Source: Octopus sinensis (lineage: Eukaryota). Taken from it: DNA of 64,000 bases. Below are positions 63,186-64,000 of the stretch, one piece after another; within the stretch, counting starts at the first letter, position 1, and each line of letters opens with the position of its first letter. The stretch spans positions 90,768,001-90,832,000 of the forward strand of contig NC_042998.1 of NCBI RefSeq assembly GCF_006345805.1, given 5' to 3'. The notes under the pieces were generated by a model, which saw only the letters and a program-made list of their open reading frames with translations, was not told the DNA's origin and made no database searches. Both the position numbers and the translations under genes were made by a program.

Positions 63186-64000
63186 GATTGATTGATTGAT
63201 TGATTGATTGATTCCAGTTTCAGCTCATGAGCTGTGGCCATGCTGGGGCACCGCCATTTGGTGTTGCTACTTGGTTTCACTTCATGGAGGCTTTCTAGCA
63301 ACTGCTATTTGGTGCATGAGAGAGTTCGATGCAGCTGCCCTCATCTGCCCCTCCTGCCGTGAAGTTGGTTCATCTGGGACACCTGACAGGAAGAGATCCA
63401 GCTCCATTTTAAAGACATCTGTATCCACCCCATGCAGGTCTCTCAGGTTCATCGGGAGGATATTGAAGAGCTGTGGGCCTCGGAAGCCCAGGCTATCACA
63501 GAATCTTGTCCTACATCTTGATGGCAAGTTTGGAGTCCTAGGCACCACGCAGTGGCGCCCAGTTCTGGCGTTTGCGTAACTCTCGATGCCAAAGTTCAGG
63601 ACACTTCCCTCCAGGATCTTCCAGATGTATATTATGGCATATCTTTCCCGCCTACGCTCCAGGGAATATAATTTTAATCTCTTGAGTCTTTCCCAGTAGC
63701 TTACATTCTGCATAGAGGCTATCTTCTTCGTGTAGCTTCGTTGGATCGCCTCAAGTTCTGTGATCAACTTGACACTGGATGGTGACCATAGCTGAGAGCA
63801 ATAGTCAAAGTGACTTAGGACAAGTGTCTTCCAGAGGACCATCATGGTTTCTTGTTCTCTTGTTCTAAAGGTTCTAAGAATCCATCCAGCCAGGCGTCTG
63901 CATTTCACTGTCAGTTTAGCAACATGTACATGAAAGGTCGCGTCATCACTCATGTGAATACCCAGGTCACGCACTGATTGTGCCTCTGGGATTGCAATCC
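63186..64000 (-). mobile_element. CR1-group LINE, 3' part of ORF2 plus 3' UTR and (CAAT)n tail; continues past window end
   Basis: Open 230-aa ORF 63282-63974 with RDLGI, DYCSQLWSP, SYWERLKRLKLYSLERRRER, GPQLFNILP; tandem tail at 63186-63213. Confidence 0.9.

Overview
AT-rich, microsatellite- and repeat-dense eukaryotic genomic DNA. The SINE/RTE/CR1 repeat landscape looks like an octopus (coleoid cephalopod) genome, which is an inference. Two spliced genes lie tail-to-tail. DBR1 (RNA lariat debranching enzyme, + strand) is complete: 8 coding exons at 18133-24685, 486 aa, with a probable CpG-retaining promoter and non-coding first exon near 12.2 kb. GAPVD1/RME-6 (Rab5 GEF, - strand) is present as its 3' part: 15 exons plus 1 candidate cassette exon, 62915 to 25974; the N-terminal RasGAP exons should lie beyond the window. 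Introns and intergenic DNA hold a structurally complete but decayed Gypsy LTR retrotransposon (39722-44831; LTRs, tRNA-Ser PBS, PPT, GTGAC TSD), a TIR-bounded DD37D maT element, mariner and pogo fossils, RTE, CR1 and Penelope-like fragments, and many SINEs/MITEs. I found no convincing wholly new biological system. The best leads are regulatory or structural: possible 3'-UTR overlap, a cassette exon behind an inverted SINE pair, a repeat-built CpG-rich promoter, and nested TE layers. Repeat boundaries are approximate, read by eye.
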